DNA of 32,000 bases. Source: Candidatus Electrothrix sp. GW3-4 (GTDB taxonomy: Bacteria > Desulfobacterota > Desulfobulbia > Desulfobulbales > Desulfobulbaceae). The stretch's first letter is position 1, and the number at the start of each line of letters is the position of its first letter. The translations under genes were made by a program, and so were the position numbers. Shown one piece after another: positions 1 to 8,622 of the stretch. The stretch lies in NCBI RefSeq assembly GCF_037902255.1, contig NZ_CP147990.1, positions 3,930,001 to 3,962,000 of the forward strand, given 5' to 3'. The notes beneath the pieces are model-generated. The model searched no databases and was not told where the DNA came from. It was given only the letters and a program-made list of their open reading frames with translations.

Positions 1-645
1 TTGTCCCTTTATATAGGTAGCCAAGTGGTCTTATCAAAACTGATGGTCCCCCCTTTTTATAAAGGCTACCCATCCTTTTCTCATGATATCGTCTATTATT
101 TTCCCCTGTCACATTATTGCAGTTTTCTTTTAGGAATGGCTGGAGGCCTGCTCTACATCAGAAATAAACCGTTTTTTTCTTCTCAAGGAATACGCTCCTA
201 TGCTATCCTCGTTGGAGGAGTTGTGACGACCTATTATCTCTTGCAATATCCAGGCATTCTGCGAAAGACCATTGGTTATCCCCTCGCATACTGTTCCAGC
301 TTTTATGCGGTTGTGTTTACAGGCTTCATCCTTGCACTTTCCTTTTCAAGGAACTATATCGCAAAAGGCCTCAGTTTCCCTGCGCTGATTTTTTTGGGCG
401 AGATCAGTTACTGTTTATATATCTTGCAATATCCAGCCCATATAATTTATTATCGTTATATTTCTCCGCTTCTACACCTGAAAGGGCAAACACATTTCTA
501 CATCTACTTATCTTTCCTGATTATACTATCATCAATAATCTATTTATTTTTCGAAAAACCTCTTAACAATTTATTTTCAAAAATAAAAAGCTCTACCACC
601 AAGAGAAATCAGGCTCATTCGACGGAACAGGTAACGGCTCATTAA
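1..645 (+). CDS. Acyltransferase family 3 (OafA/YrhL-like) integral membrane protein, C-terminal part; the 5' end lies outside the window
   Basis: The frame is open from base 1 to the stop at 643-645. The translation is a series of hydrophobic helices (e.g. GEISYCLYILQYPAHIIY) like the C-terminal half of acyltransferase_3 proteins. The family call is from recall only. Confidence 0.5.
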   Translation: MSLYIGSQVVLSKLMVPPFYKGYPSFSHDIVYYFPLSHYCSFLLGMAGGLLYIRNKPFFSSQGIRSYAILVGGVVTTYYLLQYPGILRKTIGYPLAYCSSFYAVVFTGFILALSFSRNYIAKGLSFPALIFLGEISYCLYILQYPAHIIYYRYISPLLHLKGQTHFYIYLSFLIILSSIIYLFFEKPLNNLFSKIKSSTTKRNQAHSTEQVTAH

Positions 646-925
646 GGAGAATCAATTGATCGACAACCGTCTCTTTGTTATAAACGTTATAATCATTATA
701 AACACCAGAGACAAACTACCAGCTCAAAGTCGATCAGTTACACCACAGGCTTCTGCCCTACGCGGCGGGCTGACACCACCGCCCCACTAAAGAATAAGCA
801 AAAAAACCGTATGATCCTTACATGACAACGTACTCGTAAGCAATAAAAAGGAATTATTGTAAAACGAGATGGCCAAGGAGCCCCAAAAATCTACGTCTTT
901 TTTTTCTGAATCAGGAGTATCATAA

Positions 926-1765
926 ATGAGAGTACAACCATCCAATCGTACCGCCAGCACACGACGACGAACCACCACATATCTTCTCCTTCTCGTCACC
1001 TGCCTTTCCTTAGCTGGCTGCGCAAGCACTGAAGGCATGTTCAGCTCCTGGTCTGTTTTTGGCGCAGGCGGAGAAAAAGAGAAGAAATTTGATTCAGCAG
1101 AGAAACTCATTATCCAGGGCATGGATGCCTACAAGATAGGAAGATATAACAGTGCCATAAAGGAATTTCAGGAGATCAAGGATCGTTATCCCTTTAGCCC
1201 AGAGGCCCTGCTGGCGGAGCTCAAACTGGCCGACTGCGAGTATTACAACGAGAATTACGCAGAGGCAAAGGAGCTGTATAAGGAATTTGAGGAACGGCAC
1301 CCGACCAACGAGGCGATTCCCTATGTCATGTTCCAGATCGGGATGTGCGATTATTCCCGCACCGACCGCATTGATCGGGATCCGTCAGGGGCTCAGGACG
1401 CGATAAAATCCTTCTCCCGTTTATTACGCAGCTATCCTGATTCGCCCTATACCAGAGAGGCCAAGACGAGGATCCGAGCAGCTCAGGAGTTTATTGTTAA
1501 TCATGAGTACTATGTTGCCGTCTTCTATGTCCGCACCAAGAAATATGAGCAGGCCAAACATCGCCTCAAATATATTCTCACCCTATATCCAGATGCTGCA
1601 ATCATCCCAAAGGCGAAAGACCTACAGGCAAGACTCGCTGCCGGAGACCCGCCCAAATGGGGACTGGACAGATGGCTCCCAGACCTGACCATGCCGGACT
1701 GGGATTTGGCTGATATCGGCGTCGGCAGCCAGGATGACGACATAGATAACCAGATCGGTCAGTAA
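926..1765 (+). CDS. bamD: Outer membrane protein assembly factor BamD (TPR lipoprotein)
   Basis: The N-terminal signal has a lipobox (LSLAGC, Cys32). TPR-like repeats are colinear with BamD/YfiO (YKIGRYNSAIKEFQEIKDRYPFSPEA; LLRSYPDSPYTREA; YYVAVFYVRTKKYEQA). Confidence 0.85.
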   Translation: MRVQPSNRTASTRRRTTTYLLLLVTCLSLAGCASTEGMFSSWSVFGAGGEKEKKFDSAEKLIIQGMDAYKIGRYNSAIKEFQEIKDRYPFSPEALLAELKLADCEYYNENYAEAKELYKEFEERHPTNEAIPYVMFQIGMCDYSRTDRIDRDPSGAQDAIKSFSRLLRSYPDSPYTREAKTRIRAAQEFIVNHEYYVAVFYVRTKKYEQAKHRLKYILTLYPDAAIIPKAKDLQARLAAGDPPKWGLDRWLPDLTMPDWDLADIGVGSQDDDIDNQIGQ

Positions 1766-1778
1766 GGGGATATTTCTT

Positions 1779-3581
1779 ATGGGCTTGCTGAACAGCGACA
1801 AACTCCTTGATCTGCTTATTGCACAGCGGCTCTTGACGACGAAACAGAAGCAGTTTGTGCTCCGTCATAAGGAACGGCAGAGCCAACAGCTTGTCAAGCT
1901 TCAGGGCGGGCAGAAGCAGGCAGGACAGGGCTATCCTGATATGGTGGATATCCTGGCCTCCCTGAAACTGGAAGTGCCGGGCCCGAAGCAGCGCATCCTG
2001 ACCGAAGAGCTCATCATGCGGGCAGTGAGCCGCAAACTCGGTATCCCCTTTAAAAAACTCGATCCCCTTGAGCTGGACATTGAGATCGTCACCAAGACCA
2101 TCCCCCGCTCCTTTGCCATCAATCACCTGATCCTGCCCTTTGAGATCCGCAACGGGGTCTTGCAGGTCGCGACCTATGATCCGGAGAATAAGACCCCACT
2201 CCAGGATATTGAGCAGGTCAACCAGACCGAGCTCAAGCCCTACCTCAGCACCCGCTCGGATATCCGCAAGATCCTCTCTGAGTTTTTTGGTTTTCAACGC
2301 TCCATTACCGCCGCAGAAAATCAATTTTCCACAACCGGTGGCAGCGCAACCGTGGATATCGGCAATCTGGAGCAGTATGTCAAGCTTTCCAGCGCCCAGG
2401 AACTCAGCTCTACGGATCAGCATATCAAGGCGGCGGTCAATCATCTCTTCAACTACGCCCTGGAGCAGCGGGCCAGTGATATCCATGTGGAGCCCAAGCG
2501 GGAGAGCTGTCTGATTCGCTACCGCATCGACGGGGTCCTGCACACGATCTATAAACTCCCCAAAGCGGTCCACTCTGCCATCACCTCCCGGATTAAAGCC
2601 CTGGCCCGTTTGGACATCGCGGAAAAACGCCGACCTCAGGACGGCAGGATCAAGATCGGACAAAAAGACGGCAAGGAGGCAGAGCTCCGTGTCTCGACCA
2701 TCCCGGTCTCCTTTGGGGAAAAAACCGTTATGCGGATCCTGGACACCCATGTCATCTTCCAGGACCTGGATGAACTGGGCTTCTCCAAGCGAGACAAGGC
2801 GGTGTATACCTCCTTTATCACGGCACCGCACGGCATTGTCCTGGTGACCGGTCCCACGGGCAGCGGTAAGTCCACCACCCTCTACTCCACCCTGAAGAAG
2901 ATTGCCTCACCAGAGATCAATATCGTCACTGTGGAAGACCCGGTGGAGATGGTCCATGAGGATTTTAATCAGATCTCGGTTCAGCAACAGATTGATGTGA
3001 CCTTTTCCACCATCCTCCGCAATATCCTGCGCCAGGACCCGGATGTGATCATGATCGGTGAGATCAGGGATTTTGATACCGCGACCCATGCAGTGCAGGC
3101 GGCTCTGACCGGCCATCTGGTCTTTTCCACTCTGCATACCAATGATGCGGTCTCCACCATTGTCCGCTTGCAGGACCTTGGCCTGGAACCCTTCCTGATC
3201 GGTTCCACCATGCTCGGGGCCTTGGCTCAGCGCTTGGTGCGGAAGATCTGTCCTCACTGTATTGAATCCTATGAGGCTGACATCGAAGATTTGCAAAAAA
3301 TGGGCTTTCCAGTCTCCGGCCAGGGAACGATTGAGCTGAAGCGGGGCAAAGGATGCAAGGAATGTCGGAAGACAGGCTACTCCGGCAGGATGGGGGTTTT
3401 TGAGATCTTTCCTTTGACAGATAAGATCAAAAAGCTGGTGGCCGACAAGGCCTCTGATGCCGAGTTACGTCAGATCGCGATCCGAGAGGGGATGACCACC
3501 CTGAACGAGGATGCCTGGCTGAAGGTGCGGAATGGCCTGACCACTGTTGAGGAGGCGCTACGGATTAGTGGGGATATATAG
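1779..3581 (+). CDS. GspE/PilB-family secretion ATPase (type II secretion / type IV pilus assembly ATPase)
   Basis: T2SSE_N-like region, Walker A GPTGSGKST, Walker B/Asp box DPDVIMIGEIRD, His box TGHLVFSTLHTN, tetracysteine CPHC...CKEC. ATG 13 nt after the bamD stop. Confidence 0.9.
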   Translation: MGLLNSDKLLDLLIAQRLLTTKQKQFVLRHKERQSQQLVKLQGGQKQAGQGYPDMVDILASLKLEVPGPKQRILTEELIMRAVSRKLGIPFKKLDPLELDIEIVTKTIPRSFAINHLILPFEIRNGVLQVATYDPENKTPLQDIEQVNQTELKPYLSTRSDIRKILSEFFGFQRSITAAENQFSTTGGSATVDIGNLEQYVKLSSAQELSSTDQHIKAAVNHLFNYALEQRASDIHVEPKRESCLIRYRIDGVLHTIYKLPKAVHSAITSRIKALARLDIAEKRRPQDGRIKIGQKDGKEAELRVSTIPVSFGEKTVMRILDTHVIFQDLDELGFSKRDKAVYTSFITAPHGIVLVTGPTGSGKSTTLYSTLKKIASPEINIVTVEDPVEMVHEDFNQISVQQQIDVTFSTILRNILRQDPDVIMIGEIRDFDTATHAVQAALTGHLVFSTLHTNDAVSTIVRLQDLGLEPFLIGSTMLGALAQRLVRKICPHCIESYEADIEDLQKMGFPVSGQGTIELKRGKGCKECRKTGYSGRMGVFEIFPLTDKIKKLVADKASDAELRQIAIREGMTTLNEDAWLKVRNGLTTVEEALRISGDI

Positions 3582-3582
3582 T

Positions 3583-4908
3583 TTATACCCCCGAAACAAC
3601 GATATCCTCAAAAACAAGACTCGGCATCTGCAATCGGCTATATGTCCATGGATCATTGGCCGCCTCAACTAACTTATTCCAAAATTCGAGGTGATTATCA
3701 GCGATATTCATTTCAGCTATTGCTTGGGTGCGTTTGCCTCCCTCAAATAAGGTTCCGGTAATGCCAATGGAAAAAACGCCTGTGTTGGAATTGAAATTCC
3801 CGCCAATGAATCCGTTAATAAGTATGCCTCTCCCCAAGTCTTTCATGATTTCAGCAAGAGAGCGTTTTCCTGGGGGGAGAATGAGGTTAGATATATCACC
3901 AGTCGTTGGTTCCACACCGAGTTTACGACTGCGATACCAACCGATATAGTATTCCTTTAACATACCTTTCTCGACCATGGCGCGCTTTTGGGTGGCAAAA
4001 CCATCGCCATCATATAAACGGCTACCGAGCGCACCAACGATATGCGGATTATCGATAAGGGTAAAAATATCGCTGCCAATCTTCTTTCCTTTTTTACCCA
4101 AGAGGAACGAGCGCTTCTGTTGTAAGGCCCTGCCATTCATAGCCGAAAGAAAACCATAGAGAACACGAACAACACAGCGATTTTCAATAATGATAGGAAG
4201 GGCTTCTGTTGCTATTTTTTTAGCGCCCATGAGTTCCATGGTGCGCTCCGCAGCTTTTTTACCAATCTCATCACAGGAGGGTAATTTTTTTAGCGCCCGC
4301 GCCATAGCATAATAATAGCCCATTGGACGACGATTACCTTTGTCTTGGGCCGTCATTTTCGCAGAGGCATAACAGGTAGTGGATTGGGTCTCTCCCTCAA
4401 AGCCATTGCTTGTGAGAATCGTCTCTTCCCGAAAATCATCATACACATCAGCGGTTACCGAGATGGCCTTCTCTCCACCAGCCTCTAGGCACGATTCTTC
4501 CAATTCTTTGGCCATGGAGTGACGTAACTCTGGAGTACGTTTTTGATAGTCAGGGTCCATCAGCTGTAATGCAATCTCCTGACGTCCTGTATAATATTGA
4601 GGATCCGGCAGGCTCCGATAGGGATCTTTTTCTAATATCTTTGCAGCCTCAATCGCATGCGCAATAAATAATTTTAACGCATCTTTGCGTACATCTGAGG
4701 TGCTTTGTCCTGCATAGCGGCCATGAATAAAAATATTAATGCTCATGCGCTGTGTGGCAGCTTCCTTTACAATTTCTGGTTTATGTTCCCGATATTGCAC
4801 TTCAACAAAGCGACGTTTGGCATAGGAAACTTTGCAATCATCAGCGCCTGCTTGTTTGGCTGTTTGCAAAACAAACGCACATAATTCTTTCATCTCGTTG
4901 CTCATCAT
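3583..4908 (-). CDS. pmbA: PmbA/TldE family protein (partner of the TldD metalloprotease)
   Basis: PmbA_TldD-family sequence without an HExxxH motif. I chose the ATG at 4908-4906 (MMSNEMKEL...) because it overlaps the tldD stop as TAATG. The ORF-track start at 5007 would lie inside tldD. Confidence 0.85.
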   Translation of the reverse strand: MMSNEMKELCAFVLQTAKQAGADDCKVSYAKRRFVEVQYREHKPEIVKEAATQRMSINIFIHGRYAGQSTSDVRKDALKLFIAHAIEAAKILEKDPYRSLPDPQYYTGRQEIALQLMDPDYQKRTPELRHSMAKELEESCLEAGGEKAISVTADVYDDFREETILTSNGFEGETQSTTCYASAKMTAQDKGNRRPMGYYYAMARALKKLPSCDEIGKKAAERTMELMGAKKIATEALPIIIENRCVVRVLYGFLSAMNGRALQQKRSFLLGKKGKKIGSDIFTLIDNPHIVGALGSRLYDGDGFATQKRAMVEKGMLKEYYIGWYRSRKLGVEPTTGDISNLILPPGKRSLAEIMKDLGRGILINGFIGGNFNSNTGVFSIGITGTLFEGGKRTQAIAEMNIADNHLEFWNKLVEAANDPWTYSRLQMPSLVFEDIVVSGV

Positions 4909-6449
4909 TATGCTCCTTGTCTTTGCATGCCACCAATCGTCATTGATTTCACCAGGCAGGTTGGTAAACCAAAGGAAACCGGAACGCCTTGACCCTTTTT
5001 GCCACACCCACCAGCTCCGCCTTGATACAAGGCCAGATCATTGGCGACCATGGTTACATTCTGTAACATCTTAGGTCCATTGCCCATAATATTAATATCT
5101 TTGATAGGATGCGTTATTTTCCCATCCTCAATCATTTTTCCTTGCGAGACATAAAAGGCAAAATCGCCTTCACCAGTATTGACCTCTCCGTTGCTGACAT
5201 CTTCGACATAGATGCCTTTTTTAACGGACTTGACAACATCCTCCGGTGCAGCATTGCCAGCAAGCATGTAGGTGTTTCTCATCCGTGGGATGGGATAATG
5301 CTGATAACTCTGTCGCCGACCGTTGCCAGTTGGTGTAACGTTATAGTATTGAGCAGAAATTCGATCATGCAGATAACTGGTGAGGATCCCCTTTTCAACA
5401 AGCATTGTTTTTTGACTCAACACCCCCTCATCATCGAAATTGATTGATCCTAATTGGCGGGGCGTAGTACCTTCATCAACAATATTGACAAAGGGTTCAG
5501 CAACTTTTTTTCCGATCATGGTGGCGTAGGTGGAAAGACCTTTTCGATTAAAATCCGCTTCCATCCCATGACCGATGGCTTCATGGAGTAAAATTCCGGT
5601 CCCTCCCGGTCCCAAGACCACAGGCATCTCACCAGCAGGTGGTTGTTGGGCATCGAAAAGGACGAGTGCCCGGTTCACGACTTCATCAGCCAGTTTATCG
5701 ACCAAGGGAGGTGTATAATAGGAAAATTCCTGGCGACCACCAAGATTCCAATGAGCACGCTCTTGCTTACCATCTTTTTCTGCAACAACAGAGGCCATTA
5801 AGTAATTACGCGGACGAAGATCCTCTGCTTTTATGCCATCACTTGTTACCAGCATTATTCGTTTTTGTTGATCATACAGCGTCGCGTTGACCTTGATGAT
5901 CACGTTGGATAAAGAAAAACATTGTTCATTGACCCTTGTCATAAGGGGGAGTTTCGAGGAAAGCGGAATCTCGGTCAATAACTTCTGCAATGGGTAATGA
6001 TTTGCTGCTTTGAGTTGCACAAACTTCTTGGCAGCTAGCCTTGCTGAATCATCGGCAATGGTTGCTGCTGTTGCAGCCGCTGCCATGAGTGATTCTTCAG
6101 TGAGTTCCTGGGTAAAACTATAGCCGGTTTGATCACCCTTGACCGTACGGATGCCGACCCCCAAATCGATATGACTGTACGTGCGATTCACCTTACCATC
6201 TTCCAAAATCACTGAGTTCGAGATGGTATGTTCAAAATAAAGATCGGCAAAGTCGCCGCCTTTGGAAAGGGCTTTGTCCAGGATTTTTTTATACAATCCA
6301 TCATGAACGCCAAATTCAGATTCAAAAAATCCAGGCGTTGCTGCATTTGCGGATTGCATACAGACATCGGGAGCAATCCAGGTTAAAGCAGCAGCTCCCC
6401 CTACGACAGCGGAAGTACTTAAGAAATCTCGCCTACTCATTAATCCCAT
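4908..6449 (-). CDS. tldD: TldD family metalloprotease with an N-terminal twin-arginine signal
   Basis: Colinear with E. coli TldD, including MPVVLGPGGTGILLHEAIGHGMEADFNRKG (HExxxH) and TPTGNGRRQSY...PRMRNTYM. The N-terminus is MGLMSRRDFLSTSAVVGGAAAL...SANA. Confidence 0.9.
   Translation of the reverse strand: MGLMSRRDFLSTSAVVGGAAALTWIAPDVCMQSANAATPGFFESEFGVHDGLYKKILDKALSKGGDFADLYFEHTISNSVILEDGKVNRTYSHIDLGVGIRTVKGDQTGYSFTQELTEESLMAAAATAATIADDSARLAAKKFVQLKAANHYPLQKLLTEIPLSSKLPLMTRVNEQCFSLSNVIIKVNATLYDQQKRIMLVTSDGIKAEDLRPRNYLMASVVAEKDGKQERAHWNLGGRQEFSYYTPPLVDKLADEVVNRALVLFDAQQPPAGEMPVVLGPGGTGILLHEAIGHGMEADFNRKGLSTYATMIGKKVAEPFVNIVDEGTTPRQLGSINFDDEGVLSQKTMLVEKGILTSYLHDRISAQYYNVTPTGNGRRQSYQHYPIPRMRNTYMLAGNAAPEDVVKSVKKGIYVEDVSNGEVNTGEGDFAFYVSQGKMIEDGKITHPIKDINIMGNGPKMLQNVTMVANDLALYQGGAGGCGKKGQGVPVSFGLPTCLVKSMTIGGMQRQGA
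6342..6449 (-). other. Predicted Tat signal peptide of TldD (aa 1-36)
   Basis: SRRDFL twin-arginine motif, hydrophobic h-region STSAVVGGAAAL, and an A-N-A cleavage-type motif ending at aa 36. Confidence 0.7.
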
Positions 6450-6530
6450 ATGATCCTCCTGATAACTTTTGAAGAGTAAATTGGTTTTTGAAAGATTTGT
6501 GCATCTATTCTAATACAGACGACTTTCTTT

Positions 6531-6655
6531 GGATTCAGCGCCTTAATATACTTCAGTAACCATTGCGCCTGATCCTCCTGGGGTGCAATGGTTACTTGGC
6601 AAGCGTTAAGGTGCCAAAATCAGGAATGTCGATGGGTTGCATAATTTGCATAAGC
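6531..6655 (-). pseudogene. Decayed, internally deleted copy of the HAD-hydrolase gene found at 8057-8524
   Basis: 6531-6601 matches 8256-8326 (about 66/71 identical by hand alignment). 6610-6655 matches 8492-8527 with indels. The remnant reads MQIMQPIDIPDFGTLTLAK-stop, compared with MQTIPIPDFGTLTVATIV in the intact gene. Confidence 0.7.
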
Positions 6656-6661
6656 TGCTGG

Positions 6662-7969
6662 TTATGTATTTTTGTTCTTTGAAAGGTTCATTGTTCGACC
6701 AGTAATCAAGCGAAAGGCTCCTTCGATAAACAAGGATGCCCCTATCATTGCCAACAGAAACCAAAGGTGTCCGGGTGAACTCACTTCGGTCTGCCAGATC
6801 AGACTCCCTAATGCGCCAAGGCAAAGCACGACTCCTGTCAGAGAAATTATCCTGTTGCTCTGCGTGTCTTTCGCCAGCACCATGTTGGCAGCATTGACCG
6901 TCGCAAAGATTAAGAGAAAACCGGCACTGCCCATCATTGAGATGCTGGAGAGGTCTGCCGAATTGGCGATCAACAGGGTAATTCCAGATGTAATCAATAA
7001 TCCTTCAATTGGTTTTCCCCATATCTTTTTCTCCAATATGCTTGGAAGTTCTCCGTCTTTTGCAATGACATAACTCAGTCGGGATGCACCATACACTGTG
7101 GCATTGATCGCTGATGCGGTTGAAAGCAAAGCTGCGATGGCAATAAGGATAAATCCTGCCCGACCAAAAGATGGTTGGGCTGCCTCGGCCAGCGCATAGT
7201 CTTTCGCTTCCACAATCTTATCAACAGGCAGCGTTCCGACTGTAACTATGGCGACAAGTACATAGAGAACTATTACAAAACAAACACTTGAATAGAAAGC
7301 GCGGGGTAATGTCTTCGCCGCATCCCGAACATCCTGCGCTGTATTGGCAATCAGCTCAAACCCTTCATAGGCCAGAAAAATAATCATCCCGCCAGCAATC
7401 AGGCTCAGAGGGGAAGACCATTCTGACAATGCCAGCTTGTTGCTGTCAACGCCATAGACACCTACTGCAATAAAAAGACCCAGGATCATTAACTTGAGGA
7501 ATACAATCCAGTCTTCTGCCTTACCAATCAGTTGAGCGTTCAACAGGTTCAAGCCGGTAATGCCGACGATACTTCCCGTAATCAGAATGTGCTTCCATAG
7601 AATCTGTGAGTTTTTGGGGAAGAATATCGATCCATAGCTGCCAAAGGCATAGGCATAAAGCGATAGCATGACGATGTAACTTATCCAGAGCAAAATATTC
7701 GCGCTGCCTGTCAGCATACCTGAGCCAAATGCCCGATCCAGGTATGCTACTGTTCCCCCTTGACTCGGAAAAGCGACAGAGAGTCGCGCATAGGAATATG
7801 AGGTAACAAGCGCAACAATACCGGCAATCAGAAAGGCTACTGGTGCCCCACCGGCGGTTAACTCTACTGACAGGCCAAGAACAGCAAAGATGCCACCTCC
7901 AACCATACCGCCAATTCCTATAGATATTACCTCCCAGTAGCCAAGGCCTTCTTTTGGGGATTTACTCAT
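6662..7969 (-). CDS. APC-superfamily amino acid/polyamine permease
   Basis: 435 aa with about 12 hydrophobic helices. The N-terminal motif ISIGIGGMVGGGIFAVLG...TSYSYARLSVAFPSQGGTVAYL is typical of amino acid permeases. Confidence 0.85.
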   Translation of the reverse strand: MSKSPKEGLGYWEVISIGIGGMVGGGIFAVLGLSVELTAGGAPVAFLIAGIVALVTSYSYARLSVAFPSQGGTVAYLDRAFGSGMLTGSANILLWISYIVMLSLYAYAFGSYGSIFFPKNSQILWKHILITGSIVGITGLNLLNAQLIGKAEDWIVFLKLMILGLFIAVGVYGVDSNKLALSEWSSPLSLIAGGMIIFLAYEGFELIANTAQDVRDAAKTLPRAFYSSVCFVIVLYVLVAIVTVGTLPVDKIVEAKDYALAEAAQPSFGRAGFILIAIAALLSTASAINATVYGASRLSYVIAKDGELPSILEKKIWGKPIEGLLITSGITLLIANSADLSSISMMGSAGFLLIFATVNAANMVLAKDTQSNRIISLTGVVLCLGALGSLIWQTEVSSPGHLWFLLAMIGASLFIEGAFRLITGRTMNLSKNKNT

Positions 7970-8056
7970 GCCGGTTCACCTGTTTCCTGTATTTATCAGA
8001 AGAGATAACGTTGTAATCACGCACTGGTCGTGTGCAGTGCTTTGTTCAGCACCTGC

Positions 8057-8524
8057 TTACGACCTGAGCGTTGCGATCAGCCTTTTGGGGTTGGAAAAAT
8101 ACTCCAAGGCATGAAGGGCTGAGGTACAGACAATATCAGCAGCCAGTACTGCGTCTATTGAGGCACCTTCTCTTTGCAGCAACGCAATACCCAAGACTGC
8201 CTCTTTCAGCATAAGCCTGTCATTTCTTCCGTTACCGATGCACACGGTCGTCTCTGGATTCAGCGCCTTAATATACTTCAGTTTCCATTGCGCCTGATCC
8301 TCCTGGGGTGCAATAGTCAGTTGGCAGACACAGCCTGTAAGCTGTTCTTCGGCTATACCAAAGGTATCAGCCGTAATGACATGGACATCAATATCCGTGA
8401 TCTTGTTGATTGCCTCTTTCACTCCGGGCAAGAGAACGCCGTCTACGGCTAAGGTACCGTTGTAATCACAGACAATGGTGGCAACGGTGAGGGTGCCGAA
8501 ATCAGGGATGGGGATTGTTTGCAT
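8057..8524 (-). CDS. HAD-superfamily hydrolase (soluble P-type-ATPase-like, COG4087-type)
   Basis: HAD motifs: I = CDYNGTL, II = VHVITADT, IV = GNGRNDRLML. Start taken at the ATG at 8524 (MQTIPIP), which has a purine-rich stretch upstream. The longer track ORF to 8575 is unlikely. Confidence 0.75.
   Translation of the reverse strand: MQTIPIPDFGTLTVATIVCDYNGTLAVDGVLLPGVKEAINKITDIDVHVITADTFGIAEEQLTGCVCQLTIAPQEDQAQWKLKYIKALNPETTVCIGNGRNDRLMLKEAVLGIALLQREGASIDAVLAADIVCTSALHALEYFSNPKRLIATLRS
8256..8326. repeat. Direct repeat partner (inside the HAD gene) of 6531-6601
   Basis: Hand alignment gives about 93% identity over 71 bp in the same orientation. The two copies bracket the APC permease gene. 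Confidence 0.8.
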
Positions 8525-8622
8525 AAGGTTTCTTCGGGGGCTTAACAGTCGTCTTGGCTGTGCATTGCATTTCATGCATCTCTTTCATTGCTGGAAGCAA
8601 ATCATATATAAACGGTCCATTA

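Noticed and set aside
787-1122. 111-aa minus-strand ORF overlapping the bamD start, and small ORFs in 28452-28974
   Set aside because: They have no family features or ribosome-binding sites. They overlap a well-supported gene or lie in AT-rich or promoter sequence.
1602-2831. 409-aa ORF antisense to the GspE-type ATPase gene
   Set aside because: It lies entirely within a gene that has unambiguous ATPase motifs on the other strand. Its translation is low-complexity and Arg/Gly/Asp-rich with no family features. This is a typical shadow ORF.
4909-5007. N-terminal extensions suggested by the ORF track: pmbA to 5007, also ADH to 23952, HAD to 8575, moeA from 23955, the transposase to 14272, and the two-TM protein to 10916
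   Set aside because: These extensions overlap neighbouring genes or start at TTG codons. They lack Shine-Dalgarno sequences, while internal ATGs align with family N-termini and have better ribosome-binding sites.
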